A DNA stretch of 51,179 nucleotides from Candidatus Altimarinota bacterium (GCA_020631575.1 JAHDGX010000002.1:1-51179); one strand, 5' to 3'; numbered from the stretch's first letter, positions 1 to 12,155 are shown. Numbers and translations: made by a program. Notes: generated by a model from the sequence alone, not told the origin.

Positions 1-128
1 CCTGAACCTGTAAAAAGAGTTGTAGGATCGTTTTCAGGAAGAAGTGAAGCAGATGGGACGATAGCATGTCCTTTAGATTCAAAGTATTTAAGATATTTCT
101 CTCGAAGTTGTGCTGAAGTATATTGCAT
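1..128 (-). CDS. alaS: alanine--tRNA ligase, N-terminal fragment (continues beyond the window edge)
   Basis: Minus-strand ATG at 126-128. Translation [43 protein letters not shown] matches the conserved AlaRS N-terminus (F..KGH..V.S.SL.P..DPTLLFT). Confidence 0.85.
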   Translation of the reverse strand, partial: MQYTSAQLREKYLKYFESKGHAIVPSASLLPENDPTTLFTGS

Positions 129-311
129 AATTTTTATGTATTGAGTATAGGAGTTTTATTATAAAGAAATAGTAGGTATTTCAAGGTATAATTTACATAT
201 ATCTTAATTTATGAAACAATATAAAATTCTGTCAATATATATATATCGTCAAGAGGCTTAAAATATGTTATTTTTAAATAGATATTTTATTTTGCAAGCT
301 CTATAGCAATC

Positions 312-3300
312 ATGAACACGGGTCCTGAAATAGACATGTCACGACTTGAGAATTCTGAAACTGAAGCAAGTATTAGAGACGAAACAAAAGCATTGCTCCA
401 GGAAGCAATGTCTATTGTTGAAATGTCCCAAGGAACTGAAAAAGAAGAGGATTTTAAAAGAGAGTATGCTGAACTTGCTGAAGAATATAATACTCGTTTT
501 GAAGATGGAATTATAGATTCAAGTGACCTTCATGCCCTCAAGCAAGAACTAGCAGAAGTTCAGGAATGAAGAGAAATATCGTTAGTCGAACATTACATGC
601 TTGATCATATAAAAGCAACGAATGAATGAATATTGAGTGGGGATGAAAGTGTATTAGATGAAAATCTTACATGGTATGCTGATGTATTTAGTTCAGATAC
701 TTTATTTAGCCCTGCAAAAATTTGAGCAAGAGCATATATTACTTCAGGTGAATGACTCAGTGATGATAGAATGGTACACTATCATGGTAGAATAACCGAA
801 CTCCAAAATAGTAATGAATCAAAGTATACAAAATTATTTCAACTTTCTCAAATCATCTATGATGTATCAATGGAATGAAACATGTGAGGTGGTATGATGG
901 AATCAGCTCATAATAACGCAACTCGAGAGCTCATTAAACAAGTAATTGGAAACTCTGAGCAAAATTTAGCCGTATGATATACTCAAGAAAGATGATATTA
1001 CACTGTTGAATGATCAAATATTGATACTTCAAATGACATGGAGGTAGGAACATACCTTTGCTCGCTCAATAAATCATGAAAACTTACAAAAGAAAACCTA
1101 CTTACACCTAATGGTCCATTTTCTCCGAATGATCTTTTTGATCTCATAAATAAATTTGAAAGCTGAGTATTTTGAGGTCCAGAAGTTCAAGGACTGTTTA
1201 TATGATATCTTGATGGTTTTGAAGATAACATGAATGCAATTGCAGAAAATTATCTGGCAAATGAACAAAACTGAGCTCACATTATAGCATTTTTAAATGC
1301 CCAAGAAACTTCTGGTAATGATCATCCTCTTGTTAATGAAAATAATATTTGAGATATATTTACTGCCACTGAGGATACTGATATCAGTTCCCTAGAAAAC
1401 GAACAATTACGACAAGTTCTTCTTCAAGAAAGAAGAATGATAGCAGCTCAAGCACTAATAAATGAGATTCTTTGAATATATGAGTGAGGTCCAGAGATTA
1501 GAAATGAACTTACAATGATTATCGAAGGTTCTGCGAGATGAGAACATAGTATGTTCGGTTTTACAAGGGTAAACGAAATAATATCAGAGTATAATGCAAG
1601 TGTATGAGACAATGAAAAACAATTTACTCTCATCGAGTGAGACCTTAAAGATACTATTGATAGAACTATATCATCATTTGATGAGGCTCATATGGCTGCA
1701 CAAAGCTATATGTCTACCCTCACGGAATTAGAAAATATAAAGGCCCAGGGAGAAGAGAAAGCTGAAGAACTTCAATCTTTACAAGCTGAACTCATACAGG
1801 CTGTAAACCAAGTTCCTATCGATCAAGCTAAAGTAGAAGAATTACAGGAACAAGTGCGAGCACTTAGGTTTGCTAGTTTTTATACAGAGATGCAAGCGTC
1901 CCAAGTAGAAGCAGAAGTTGAAGCTCAAAGAAGAAAATCTGAAGAAAGTACACATGAGGTTGAGAGAGTTGTGAGTGAATTTGACAGATACTCTACATTA
2001 TTTCGTAGAGAAAGTATAGATGAGGTATCAAAGTCACAAGAATCATTTAATTTATTAATCTCATCTGTACGTTCATCATCTGATATTACATATCTGTATA
2101 ATAATCATTCTGACTACTTTACCAATGTACATTTATATATGTTACATAAAGATGTTCGTTCTGATTTAGATGTAATTAGATGATTCCCTAATCTTCTAAG
2201 AAAAGAAGACTTACACTCAATAGACTCATGATTCTATCAAGAAAGTGAGCATATCTGATACCTCATTGAAGAAGCAGTTGAACATAGCCAATGAATGGCA
2301 AGCAAAATACAGTTTATACTTCTAAGGAATTACGAAGCAAATAGTGAAGATGTAGCTGCAAGTATTAGTCAAATACAATGGGTGCTTCAATACTCTAATT
2401 TAACAATGCAACAAAAGGAATATGTAAGAAATAATATCCCTACTGTGCTTATCAGGGCTGATGAAGAAAATGCACTTCAAATACCAGATAGACCAGAAAG
2501 AATTTCAACAATAAGTCTTGAAGAATTTAGTATACTATCTGTGAAATTAGAAGATTCTCAAACATTGACACTATCTGAGAGAAAGGACTTTGATATATAT
2601 ATTGGTAAGTACGGATTGCATCAAAATAAAAGCTCCGTTATAAATTTTATTTCTCAATGATATTTTGATTGAGCATCTGAAATACAGAGACTTGTAAATA
2701 GTGATTTTATTTCAAAACTAAGTGATAGGCATGAATCATCAGAATATTATCAAGTAGCTCTAAATAGTAACTTAGCAAACATAGTATACTTAAATCAAAG
2801 GTGTAGGAATGATTATTTAAGCCTACAAATAATCATTGAAAAATCCAACAATGAAGAAGAGCTAGTAAAATATTTACAATATACAGAAATTGGGAATGCT
2901 TGAGATTTTATACTGGTATTTAACTGACTAACAAGAAAACTATGATCAGAGGCAGCTGCAAGAAATGTAATCGGAAGTATGCCACGATTTTATAGTTCTA
3001 TCCAATCATTATATGAAAGTGAGTCAACCAACGAAGAAGATAAGCAAACGATGTGAAAGATACTCGAAATATATGCTCTTATAAAAGAGGGGTATATACT
3101 ATGAAGTGAAAATATGGAACGAGCATTAAACCAGTGACATCATGAGAGGCTCGTGATTAGATGATGAGAAAATATTCTATCAGAAATGCTATGAAGAAAT
3201 GTAAATGAGCGTGAAAAAAGTATAATAAAAGGTATATTAACCGTAGACGAGCCTAGTAGTCTAGACCTAAGAAACATCATAAGTATCTTCTGAGAAAGTG

Positions 3301-4433
3301 ATGAATGAGAAGCCCAAGCTAAAGAATTCTTAGAAAGAATAGCTAGTATGAGACTAGACGAAATATTTGCTGAAGTGGATAGGCTCCTTCTGGAGATACA
3401 ACCTGCTGAATCAAATACTGAAGAGTTTAAAAATTATTTTTCGAATGGAGCTCTAGACAGAGATGTATTTATAGCTTCATTAAATCAGTATATAAGTGAT
3501 ACTACTCTAGAAAAAACTGATAATGAAAATCAGAAAGAATATGAGTTAAGGGTCCGAAATGCATTTATAAGTCAATTTTGACTTTCTCAAGAACAAGCTA
3601 AAAATATTTCAAGAATATTAGAGTTAGAAAGTAATGCGGTTAACTGGAGTATACTTTTATCAAATAGTGAAACAGCAGCTCGTTGAGAAAGAGTTGATTA
3701 TCAAGCTGAACGTAGTAAGCGTCGAAGTAATGGAACTCTATATTTAACTCCATGAGAAAGAGGGTGAAGTGAAAGATTTAACTATGAAACCTGAGAATTA
3801 GAGCCAAACCCCAACTACCAACCACCTGAGGCTCCAGAAAACGATAACTCTCAAACTCCTCTACCAACAGAAAATTGATGAGAAACACCAATTTCAAATA
3901 ATTTTGAATATAGACTCTCATGAAGTAGAGATAATCCTGTAATTGAAAGCTGAGATAGTGTTATACCTATTTCTGAGCAGGAAGCTGAGCTTATCGAAAG
4001 TAATCCTGAAGCCGCAAAAAACATTATAAATATGTATGAATTCTTTAAAGATCTTAATTTACTTTGAGTCTGGGAATACAGAGAAGAGCTTGTCACAGCT
4101 GTATGAGAAGTGAGTATAAACCTAGAGGATGATTCTCTGAGAGAAGATGAACTACTACGTTTTGGGAGAAAAATACTTATTTTGGTACAAAATGTAGAAC
4201 AAGATCAAGCACAAACAGAGTGAAGAGAAGCAAATACAATAAATACTGAGGTATCAAGCCTTGATTCTCTTAATTACCAATTATCAAGATTTAGTGGATC
4301 AAGAGAACTTTGGTGAGACGATCGATCATTCAATACCTACTGAGAAGATAGGTTTGAATCTTGGATGAGAAGTTATTGAATCATTTGAGGTATTACATTT
4401 CACACCAATAGAGTCAGAGAAATGATGAAATAA
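312..4433 (+). CDS. giant acidic hypothetical protein, 1373 aa under code 25
   Basis: Track ORFs at 312, 1692, 2295 and 3348 share one phase. I walked the frame from ATG 312 to TAA 4431-4433 and saw only TGA interruptions, no TAA/TAG. Glu/Leu-rich with coiled-coil-like stretches (AEELQSLQAELIQAV). No signal peptide, TM segment or motif I recognise. Confidence 0.75.
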
Positions 4434-4455
4434 AAAAATCCCTTTCGGGATTTTT
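4434..4455. terminator. bidirectional intrinsic terminator hairpin between convergent genes
   Basis: Stem aaaaatccc (4434-4442), loop tttc, stem gggattttt (4447-4455). It has A/T runs on both sides and fills the whole gap between the two stop codons (4431-4433 and 4456-4458). Confidence 0.7.
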
Positions 4456-7014
4456 TTATTTCTTTTGGGTATCAAGCATTTCTTCGTCTTCGCTTTCACG
4501 AATAATACTTGCTCTCACTATCTCATCTGACTTATTTTTCAGCTTCGTAAGTATCACTCATTGTGTTACTCTTGAAGTTTTCCTAACTCATTTCAGATTA
4601 AGCCGTATAGTCTGACCAGCTTTTGATATAAGGAGTATATCACTCTCTTTTCTATCCTGCTCTGTGAGAATCTTCGCAGAAACAAGTTTTCCTGTTTTTG
4701 GAGTCACAGCCATTGCTTTTACTCAAGCCCCTCATCTTTTTTGGTTCCTATATTCTTCTATATCTGAGATTTTCCCAAGACCGTTTTTCGTAACGATAAA
4801 TACAAATTTATTATCATCTCATACTACTGCAACCTCTATAACATGATCATCTTTCTTGAGAGCAATTCATTTCACACCAGCTGCAGCTCTTCCCATTGCT
4901 CGAACATCTTCTTCATGAAATTGAATAGCTTTTCCTTCACGAGTTGCAATGAAAATACTATCATGTCCCGTTGTTGTTTTTACCCATTTAAGTTCGTCCC
5001 CTTCTTTTACCCCTACTACCTTGAGACCATTTGCTCTAATATTTCGTACTTGATCCATTTCAAGCTTTTTTACGATTCACATTCGAGAAACAAAGAAGAG
5101 ATATTTGTTTTCTTCTCTTGTTATATCAAGAATAGCTGAAATTTCTTCTCCTTTTTGAAGGTTGAGAAGATTCACAATCGCTTGCCCTTTTGCAATTCTC
5201 GTTGTTTCTGGAATCTCATAAGCTGGAAGAGTAAACACGCGTCCTTGACTCGTAAAGAATAAAAGATCTGCATGATTTGTAGTTGGAACTACGAGATAGA
5301 TTTCATCATCTTCTTTTGTTGCCGTGGTGATTCATTTTCCTCCTCGTCTTTGCGTTCTAAAAGCCGAAGATTTCAGTCTTTTTACGTAATTATTTTTTGT
5401 AAGAACGATTACTACATCCTCATTTGGTATAGTATCTTTTGCGTTAAATTCCCCAACCTTTCAGGCATTTACGGCTGTTCTTCTCTCATCACCAAATGAT
5501 TCATTTATCACATCAAGCTCTCCATCAATAATCGAGATGATTCTCTCTGGTTTTGCGAGAATATCCTCAAGATCAGCGATGAGAAGAAGTTTTTCTGCGA
5601 GTTCATCTTCTACTTTCTTTCTTTCAAGACCTGCTAGTTTTTGGAGTCTCATCTCTAGAATCGCGTCAGCTTGAAGCTGTGAGAGATCAAACTGAGACAT
5701 AAGGTTTACTCTCGCTTCGTCTCTTGTTTCACTTGCTCTGATGGTCTTAATAACTTCATCAATATGATCGAGGGCTTTTTTAAGTCCCTCTAGTATATGA
5801 GCTCTCGCTGCTGCTATTTTTAGTTCATACTGTGTTCTTCTCGTTACAACCTCTTTTCTGTGGTCGATAAACTCAAGAAGCATTTCTTTGAGGTTGTAAA
5901 GCTTTGGTTGTACTCATCTATCTCCAAGAGCAATCATGTTATACCCAAAACTTGTTTGAAGCTGAGTAAGCTTATAGAGTTGGTTAAGAACCTTCTTAGG
6001 AAAAGAATCTTTTTTGAGTTCTACGATCACTCTCACTCCATCATTGTTACTCGATTCATCACGAATATCTGAGATCCCAACTATTTTTTTATCTCTCACA
6101 AGATCAGCCATCTTTTCAATAAAAGTAGCCTTATTCATTCCGTATGGGACCTCTGAGATATGGATAAATTTTTTCCCTTTCTTTCCTTCTTCAATATTTG
6201 CCACTCATCTTACTACAACTGATCCTCGACCAGTAGAGTATGCTGTAAGAAGCGCTTCTTTATCGTAGACAATACCTCCTGTTGGAAAGTCTGGACCTTT
6301 GATAAATTCCATTAAATCCTCTACCGTTGTTTCTCCGACACTTGGATGGAGTAGTAAAAATTTTACAGCAGCAATAAGTTCTCCAAGATTATGAGGAGGA
6401 ATATTTGTAGCCATACCTACCGCAATACCCATAACTCAACTCATAAGAAGATTTGGAATGCGTGCCGGCATAACTGATGGCTCCTGACGAGTCGTATCAA
6501 AGTTATCTCTGAAGTCTACGGTTTCTTTTTCGATATCGCTGAGCATTTGCTCTGCAATCTTTGTCATTTTCGCTTCCGTATATCTGTAGGCTGCAGCTCC
6601 ATCACCATCCATAGAACCAAAGTTCCCTTGCCCATCTACGAGAGGGTATCTGAGGGAGAAATCCTGAGCCATACGAACCATTGCTTCATACACAGAGCTG
6701 TCACCATGTGGATGGTACTTACCGAGCACATCCCCGACAACAGTAGCAGATTTCCTATACTTCGCGCTTGGTCTGAGTCCCTGTTCATGCATAGAGTAGA
6801 GTATACGTCTATGAACTGGTTTAAAACCATCTCTTATATCTGGAAGAGCACGCGATACAATAACACTCATCGCATATTCCATATAACAGCTTTCCATCTC
6901 ATCTGAGATACTTCTTGCACTATCTCCGTCATAACTTACTCCTGTATCTATTGGGAGTGCTAGTTCATTGTTTTCTTCATTATCTTCTCCAGGTACATTT
7001 TCATTTTCGCTCAT
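4456..7014 (-). CDS. gyrA: DNA gyrase subunit A, 852 aa
   Basis: Five track fragments (7014, 6432, 6204, 5883, 5058) share one phase. Motifs: [40 protein letters not shown]. Stop is TAA at 4456-4458 after an acidic tail ([14 protein letters not shown]). Confidence 0.95.
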
Positions 7015-7132
7015 GTATTTTTAGCTAAAAAATAAAGTCGTGAACATCACGAAATATACCTAAAATATACTGAATATAGAGCGATAATCAAGGAAAATAC
7101 ACAGAAAGAATGGTAAAATAGTGTAAAGTAGT

Positions 7133-7161
7133 TTGACATTTTATTTATTTTAAATATAAAT
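7133..7161 (+). promoter_or_regulatory. sigma70-like promoter candidate
   Basis: TTGACA at 7133-7138, a 16-nt AT-rich spacer, then TATAAA at 7155-7160. This lies about 28 nt upstream of the GTG start at 7189. Confidence 0.35.
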
Positions 7162-7188
7162 ATTTTAATTACTTATTAAGATGTTAAT

Positions 7189-7761
7189 GTGAAAAGTACC
7201 CTTACTTGATTGTCTGCTGCCTTAGCTATCCAAGCATGAGCAGCTTATGCAGATAATCAATCACCAAAAATATTAGAACTTCCTGAGTTTTGTGGAGCAA
7301 CACAAATAGGAGTTCAAACCATTGTAAATTGCGCTCAAGAATCTGATTTACCAAAACTTGATTATGAAGCTACTTGAGATATATCAGCCCACGTAACTTG
7401 AGATACTGTAGACATGATTCTTCAATGAATGCCATTTTTTATTCAAGATTGAGATGCTATAATGCTCGATGCTGATTGAAACGGTACTAACGATACTGAA
7501 ATTGGAATTCAAGATTGAGAAGCTTACATAAAAACCAACTGATCATATGGCACCATTAATGAGCAATTTGACTGTATAGCATCTACAGGATTTGATTGAA
7601 GGACACTAGTATGTAAAGCTTGAGTACAAGTTCCTCTCTACCCATATAACTGTATTACAGGCTTGAATGATCAATGAACTCTCATTCTAGGTGGTAATTC
7701 GACTGAAGTATTTAAAGAAGAAAATTATTCCTTGTGCATAGATGAGTCAGAATCCTTATAA
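7189..7761 (+). CDS. small secreted protein, 190 aa, Cys-containing, Asp/Gly-rich
   Basis: GTG is the only start after the in-frame TAA at 7177-7179. N-terminus (M)KSTLTGLSAALAIQAGAAYA looks like a signal peptide. Frame is open to TAA 7759-7761 with TGA as sense. Contains a DADGNGTND Ca-binding-like stretch. Confidence 0.6.
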
Positions 7762-7777
7762 ATCATTATAAGGTACT

Positions 7778-8167
7778 ATGAATAAACTATTATGAATGCT
7801 TGCTCTGGTTTGAACTCTCTCTGGATGTGGGGAAAAAGAAGCTACAACATGATACGTACCAGTTCCAATTACTCCAGAGTGAGTAAAGCTATATGATTTC
7901 CATATAGATTGAATACGTGAATGTACTGCTGGTGAAATATGACGTATACTTGTTGTTGCTTGTAAAGGAAAGTGAAATATAGAATTACAATGAAATATAT
8001 GAAACCTTGTAAAAGAATGTGCTCCATTCTGAGGTCAGGCTAGGTTATGTGCATACGAGGGATCACTCGAAGACCTCTCAAAAGAGTACACACTTACACA
8101 GCAGAAAAATTCCTCAAGAGAAAACATAAATCCAAATTCTGAAGACTGGTGAAGATGGTGACAATAA
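7778..8167 (+). CDS. small lipoprotein, 129 aa
   Basis: N-terminus MNKLLGMLALVGTLSGC carries a lipobox (L-S-G-C). Frame is open to TAA 8165-8167 with 12 in-frame TGA. Confidence 0.65.
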
Positions 8168-8186
8168 AGAAGTGAATCTTGCCCTA

Positions 8187-8225
8187 AAATACTTTCTCCT
8201 TAGAATAAGAGAAAGTATTTTTTAA
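8187..8225 (+). terminator. intrinsic terminator
   Basis: Perfect 12-bp stem: aaatactttctc (8187-8198) pairs with gagaaagtattt (8209-8220), followed by a T run. Confidence 0.6.
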
Positions 8226-8234
8226 TACAAATAA

Positions 8235-9416
8235 ATGAAAGCAATTATCTTAGCATCTGGAGAATGATCGAGGCTCAGGCCATTAACTGACACAACTCCA
8301 AAACCATTGATTAAAATTCTTGGGAAAAGTATCATTGAGTATAACCTCGAGCTGCTCAGGGATTTTGTAGATGAGTGCATAATTATAGTACGTTATAAAT
8401 CTGAACAATTTGAGGAGCTCATTTGAGATGAATATATGGGAATGAAAGTATCTTACCACAAACAGTGAGAAAAGACTGGTACTGCTGCAGCAATAGAAGA
8501 TATAGAAGTTAACACTAATGACAAACTCCTTATCCTCTACTGAGATTCTATATACCCAAAAGGAGATATTAAAAATATCATTCTCTCACATGAATATGGT
8601 TGTCTTGTAAAAGAGGTTCAGAATCCCGAAGCGTATGGGATATTTGAGCAGAAAGATTGACTCGCTACAAGAGTCATCGAGAAACCAACACAAGACGTAT
8701 GAAACCTAGCAAATATGGGATGATTCTTCGTTTCCTGAGAGCTTATAGAACTCTGTAAGTGAGTAGAGCCTTCACAAAGATGAGAATACGAAATCACTGA
8801 TGCTATCAATACATATGTAATGAAGTATCCATTTAGACTTCATAAGCTTACGGGAGAAATACTTGATATTTGATATCCATGGAATCTTTTAGATGCAAAT
8901 AATATCTTTCTTTCAGATATAGAGGAAAGCGATATAAAGTGAAGTATTGAAGAAAATGTACATATACATGGACACATTATCCTCGAAGAGTGAGCTATCA
9001 TAAAATCAGGAACATATATAGAATGAAACTGTTATTTTGGAAAAAATACTATCATATGACCGAACGCATATGTGAGATGAAACACTTCTCTGTGAGATAA
9101 TTCTAAAATTTGATTCTCTGTTGAGGTCAAAAATAGTTATATCTGAGAAAACACTAAAATATCTCATCTCTCGTATCTCTGAGATAGTATAGTAGGAAAT
9201 AATGTGAACCTTGGTTGTGGATTCAAAGTTGCGAACCTCAGACATGATGGGAAAAATATGCGTACAATGGTAAAATGAGAACTCATAGATACAGGAAAGA
9301 GAAAACTAGGGTGTATTGTATGAGATAACACTATGGCTGGTATCAACACGCAGGTATATCCAGGTAGAGTTCTCAGTACATGAACAGCTACCATTCCATG
9401 AGAAACAGTAAAATAA
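8235..9416 (+). CDS. sugar-1-phosphate nucleotidyltransferase with C-terminal left-handed beta-helix (GlmU / archaeal-type), 393 aa
   Basis: N-terminus MKAIILASGEGSRLRPLTDTTPKPL is the GxGxRLxPLT nucleotidyltransferase signature; its second Gly is encoded by TGA 8265-8267. The C-terminal half has hexapeptide-like repeats (IGENTKISHLSYLGDSIVGNNVNLG). Confidence 0.85.
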
Positions 9417-9429
9417 CTATATAAAATAA

Positions 9430-9456
9430 AAAAGTTCGGTAAACCGAACTTTTTTA
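9430..9456 (+). terminator. intrinsic terminator
   Basis: Stem aaaagttcgg, loop taaa, stem ccgaactttt, followed by a T run. Confidence 0.6.
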
Positions 9457-9515
9457 TTGACTCTCAAAATTTCATTCATATACTCTGTAAACATTAATAA
9501 ATAATTCATGTTTAC

Positions 9516-9758
9516 ATGTTAGACGGAGTACCACAATTATGACAAAAATCATGTCCCGTAGAAGATGGAAGATTTCAATTCTTAACAAAAAAAGAGGTAG
9601 AAGTATGAGAAACCGCTAAATCTCTAAAGACTTGGGTAGAAGAAGGATTTAATATGATAGATTTCCCATTCCCTAAATGATTAGATATAGATTGTAATAC
9701 AGCTCGAGAGATATTAGCTAGAGCTTGATTGCTTAGAACAAAAAGAATAGATTCATAA
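9516..9758 (+). CDS. hypothetical small protein, 80 aa
   Basis: ATG 9516 to TAA 9756-9758 with four in-frame TGA. It is flanked by terminators on both sides. No motif recognised. Confidence 0.45.
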
Positions 9759-9788
9759 AAAGACTCAGATTAATCTGAGTCTTTTTTT
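9758..9788. terminator. intrinsic terminator hairpin
   Basis: Stem agactcaga, loop ttaa, stem tctgagtct, followed by tttttt. Confidence 0.55.
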
Positions 9789-9799
9789 AATTGATTTAC

Positions 9800-9875
9800 T
9801 GGAGCCACTAATGGGACTTGAACCCATGACCTCTCCCTTACCATGGGAACGCTCTACCAGCTGAGCTATAGTGGC
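9800..9875 (-). tRNA. tRNA-Thr (anticodon GGU), CCA encoded
   Basis: Reverse complement is GCCACTA TA GCTC AGCTGGTA GAGC G TTCCC ATGGTAA GGGAG AGGTC ATGGG TTCAAGT CCCAT TAGTGGC TCCA. It folds as a perfect 7-bp acceptor stem, a 5-bp T stem with a TTCAAGT loop, and anticodon loop A-T-GGT-A-A. Confidence 0.9.
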
Positions 9876-9883
9876 AAAAGAAA

Positions 9884-9916
9884 AAGTGCTATCTACTTCT
9901 AGATAACACTTTTTTT
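9884..9916 (-). terminator. hairpin between rpmA and tRNA-Thr (terminator or processing site)
   Basis: 10-bp stem with one mismatch (gtgctatcta / tagataacac), loop cttc, and T runs on both strands. Confidence 0.4.
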
Positions 9917-9928
9917 AGAAGTATCGTA

Positions 9929-10201
9929 TTATACTACTGATACATATGTATCCTTATATACTCTTCCATCAAATCTTTTTCTTTTCTTTTCAAAGAATTT
10001 TACTGTTCCTTCTTTTTCAGCGTAGAGAGTAAAATCAGAACCTTGTCCTACTCCTTCTGCTGGCCAATATTTGTTTCCTTTTTGTCTTAAGATGATTCCT
10101 CCAGCTGTAACTGGTTGTTCTCCAAAGACTTTTACTCATAAACGTTTGGCATTACTATCACGACCATTATTCGTGGATCATTGAGCTTTCTTGTGAGCCA
10201 T
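9929..10201 (-). CDS. rpmA: 50S ribosomal protein L27, 90 aa
   Basis: Translation MAHKKAQ[G]STNNGRDSNAKRL[G]VKVFGEQPVTAGGIILRQKGNKYWPAEGVG. Both bracketed Gly are TGA and align with the invariant KKAGGS and KRLGVK positions. Confidence 0.95.
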
Positions 10202-10237
10202 AATTGTTTTTTTATGAAATAATTATAATTTTTTATA

Positions 10238-10678
10238 CTATCTATTAGCAAATCTTGCGAAAGCTTTGTTTGCTTCAGCCATCTTATAAACATCTAGTTT
10301 CTTTTTAAATGCATTCCCTGATTCATTTGCAGCTTCAATAAGTTCAGCAGCAAGAAATTTTGAGAAATCAGCACCTTTTTTACTTCTTGCTGAAGCGATA
10401 ATCCATTTAGCAGCAAGAAATAGTTGTCTTTTAGGTTTTACCTCAGAAGGAACTTGAAATACAGATCCTCCGACTCTTTTCGCACGAACCTCAATTCGTG
10501 GCATAATGTTTTCAAGAGCTTTGAAAAAGATTCCTTCAGGATTTTTTTGTCCTTTTGCTTTAATCTCTTCAAATGTATCTTGCATAATTCTCTTAGCAAG
10601 AGCTTTTTTACCATCAAGCATAACATAGTTCGTAAATTTTACGATCATGTCAGCATTATTTTTTTCTGGTAGTGCCAT
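10238..10678 (-). CDS. rpsG: 30S ribosomal protein S7, 146 aa
   Basis: Intact ORF in the track. Motifs: KFTNYVMLDGKK, PRIEVRAKRVGGSVFQVP, KKKLDVYKMAEANKAFA. Confidence 0.95.
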   Translation of the reverse strand: MALPEKNNADMIVKFTNYVMLDGKKALAKRIMQDTFEEIKAKGQKNPEGIFFKALENIMPRIEVRAKRVGGSVFQVPSEVKPKRQLFLAAKWIIASARSKKGADFSKFLAAELIEAANESGNAFKKKLDVYKMAEANKAFARFANR

Positions 10679-10836
10679 AGTTATAATGCAATAAGCAAGT
10701 AAAATAATTTATGATAGGACATATTTTCAGTTATTGCCAAACTTACTCCTCATCATAAAAGTTTCATAGATATACTATGAAGCAAAGAGTGATGAAATCC
10801 TATACATTTCATCATCCTCGTGCCTCACAATATATA
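10679..10836 (-). promoter_or_regulatory. structured 158-nt rpsL-rpsG intercistronic spacer (possible S7 feedback site)
   Basis: Two stem-loops on the sense strand: gatgaaat-gtatagg-atttcatc and ttcatag-tatat-ctatgaa. No ORF is present. In E. coli, S7 represses translation by binding the S12-S7 intercistronic RNA. Confidence 0.3.
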
Positions 10837-11259
10837 CTAGTTTTTTGGTTTTTTCGCTCCGTAGAGTGATCTTCCTTGTTTTCTATCTTTTACTCCTTCA
10901 CAGTCGAGTACTCATCTTACTACGTGGTATTTTACCCCAGGTAAATCTTTTACCCTCCCTCCTCTAATAGCAACTACAGAGTGCTCTTGAAGATTATGTC
11001 CTTCACCACCAATATAAGCATTTACTTCGTATCCGTTAGTAAGTCTTACTTTTGCTACTTTACGTAGGGCAGAGTTAGGTTTTTTAGGAGTCATAGTTGT
11101 AACTTTTGTACAAACACCTCTTTTCATAGAACATCCTTTAGGAAGTTCAACGATTTTCCCTTTTTTAATTGAATTCTTAATAACCTGAAGTGCAGGAGAT
11201 TTAGATTTTTTTACTTTATTTTTTCTCGGTTTTTTTACGAGTTGACTAATAGTAGGCAT
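10837..11259 (-). CDS. rpsL: 30S ribosomal protein S12, 140 aa
   Basis: The track ORF stops at TGA 10912-10914. Read-through gives KYHVVR[G][24 protein letters not shown], matching the invariant YHxVRGxLD motif. The true stop is TAG at 10837-10839. Confidence 0.97.
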
Positions 11260-11286
11260 TTTTTAAGTAATTGATAAATAAAAATA

Positions 11287-11679
11287 TTAACGTTTTGACC
11301 AAGATGGAGATTTTCTCGCTTTCTTGAGTCCTGGTTTCTTTCTTTCAACTTTTCTTGCATCTCTTGTAAGATGTCCAGCTGCTTTAAGAACGGTTCTGTT
11401 TCCAGGATCTTTTTCTGCAAGTGCTCTTGATAATCCGTGAGCAATAGCAGCAGCTTGAGAGCTTTCACCTGATCATTGTACTTCTACTGTAAAGTAGGTT
11501 TTATCATCAAGTTTGCAAAGTTTTAGTGGAGCGAAGATAGTTTCAAAAAGATCCTTTCTTGCTACGTATTCTCCAAGAGGACGACCGTTAATAGTAGAGT
11601 CACCTTTCCCTTCAAATAGTTTTACTTGAGCCGAAGCTGTTTTCTTTTTCCCAAGTGAATATGTATAGGTTTGAGCCAT
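11287..11679 (-). CDS. rpsI: 30S ribosomal protein S9, 130 aa
   Basis: The track fragment continues through TGA into [G][18 protein letters not shown]...[27 protein letters not shown], the typical S9 C-terminus. Confidence 0.95.
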
Positions 11680-11694
11680 GGTAAAAGTTATAAA

Positions 11695-12126
11695 TTATAT
11701 TGTTAGTGTTTCTGGTTTTTGAGCAGCAAATGTATGCTCCGTTCCTGTAAAAAGTTTTAGTCTTTTCATCATATCTGCTCTGAGTTTATTCTTTGGAAGC
11801 ATCCCGCTTACCGCAGCTTCAAGAGCTCTTGTTGGTTTTTTTACAAGAAGTTTCTCAAGAGGAGTTGAGATAAGCCCTCCAAGGTACCCTGTATGTCTAT
11901 GGTACATTTTATCAGTCATTTTGTTTCCACTTACTGCAAACTTATCTGCGTTAATAACAATGACATTATCACCGTTATCCATGTGTGAAGCAAAATCAAC
12001 TTTATTCTTTCCTCTAAGAGTCGTAGCAATAACTGTAGAGAGACGACCAAGAGTTTGCCCCTGAGCATCTATTACATACCACTTTCTCTCAGTATGAGCG
12101 AGTTGTTTTGGTGTTATAGTTTTCAT
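11695..12126 (-). CDS. rplM: 50S ribosomal protein L13, 143 aa
   Basis: Intact ORF. Motifs: RKWYVIDAQGQTLGRLST and MYHRHTGYLGGL. Confidence 0.95.
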   Translation of the reverse strand: MKTITPKQLAHTERKWYVIDAQGQTLGRLSTVIATTLRGKNKVDFASHMDNGDNVIVINADKFAVSGNKMTDKMYHRHTGYLGGLISTPLEKLLVKKPTRALEAAVSGMLPKNKLRADMMKRLKLFTGTEHTFAAQKPETLTI

Positions 12127-12155
12127 ATTCCTGAAATTTCTAGTAAATTAATATA

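Noticed and set aside
4664-6906. Plus-strand track ORFs (4664-4846, 4843-5139, 5272-5499, 5860-6072, 6014-6268, 6547-6906) antisense to gyrA
   Set aside because: They are low-complexity translations with no motifs, and they lie entirely inside a well-supported conserved gene on the other strand.
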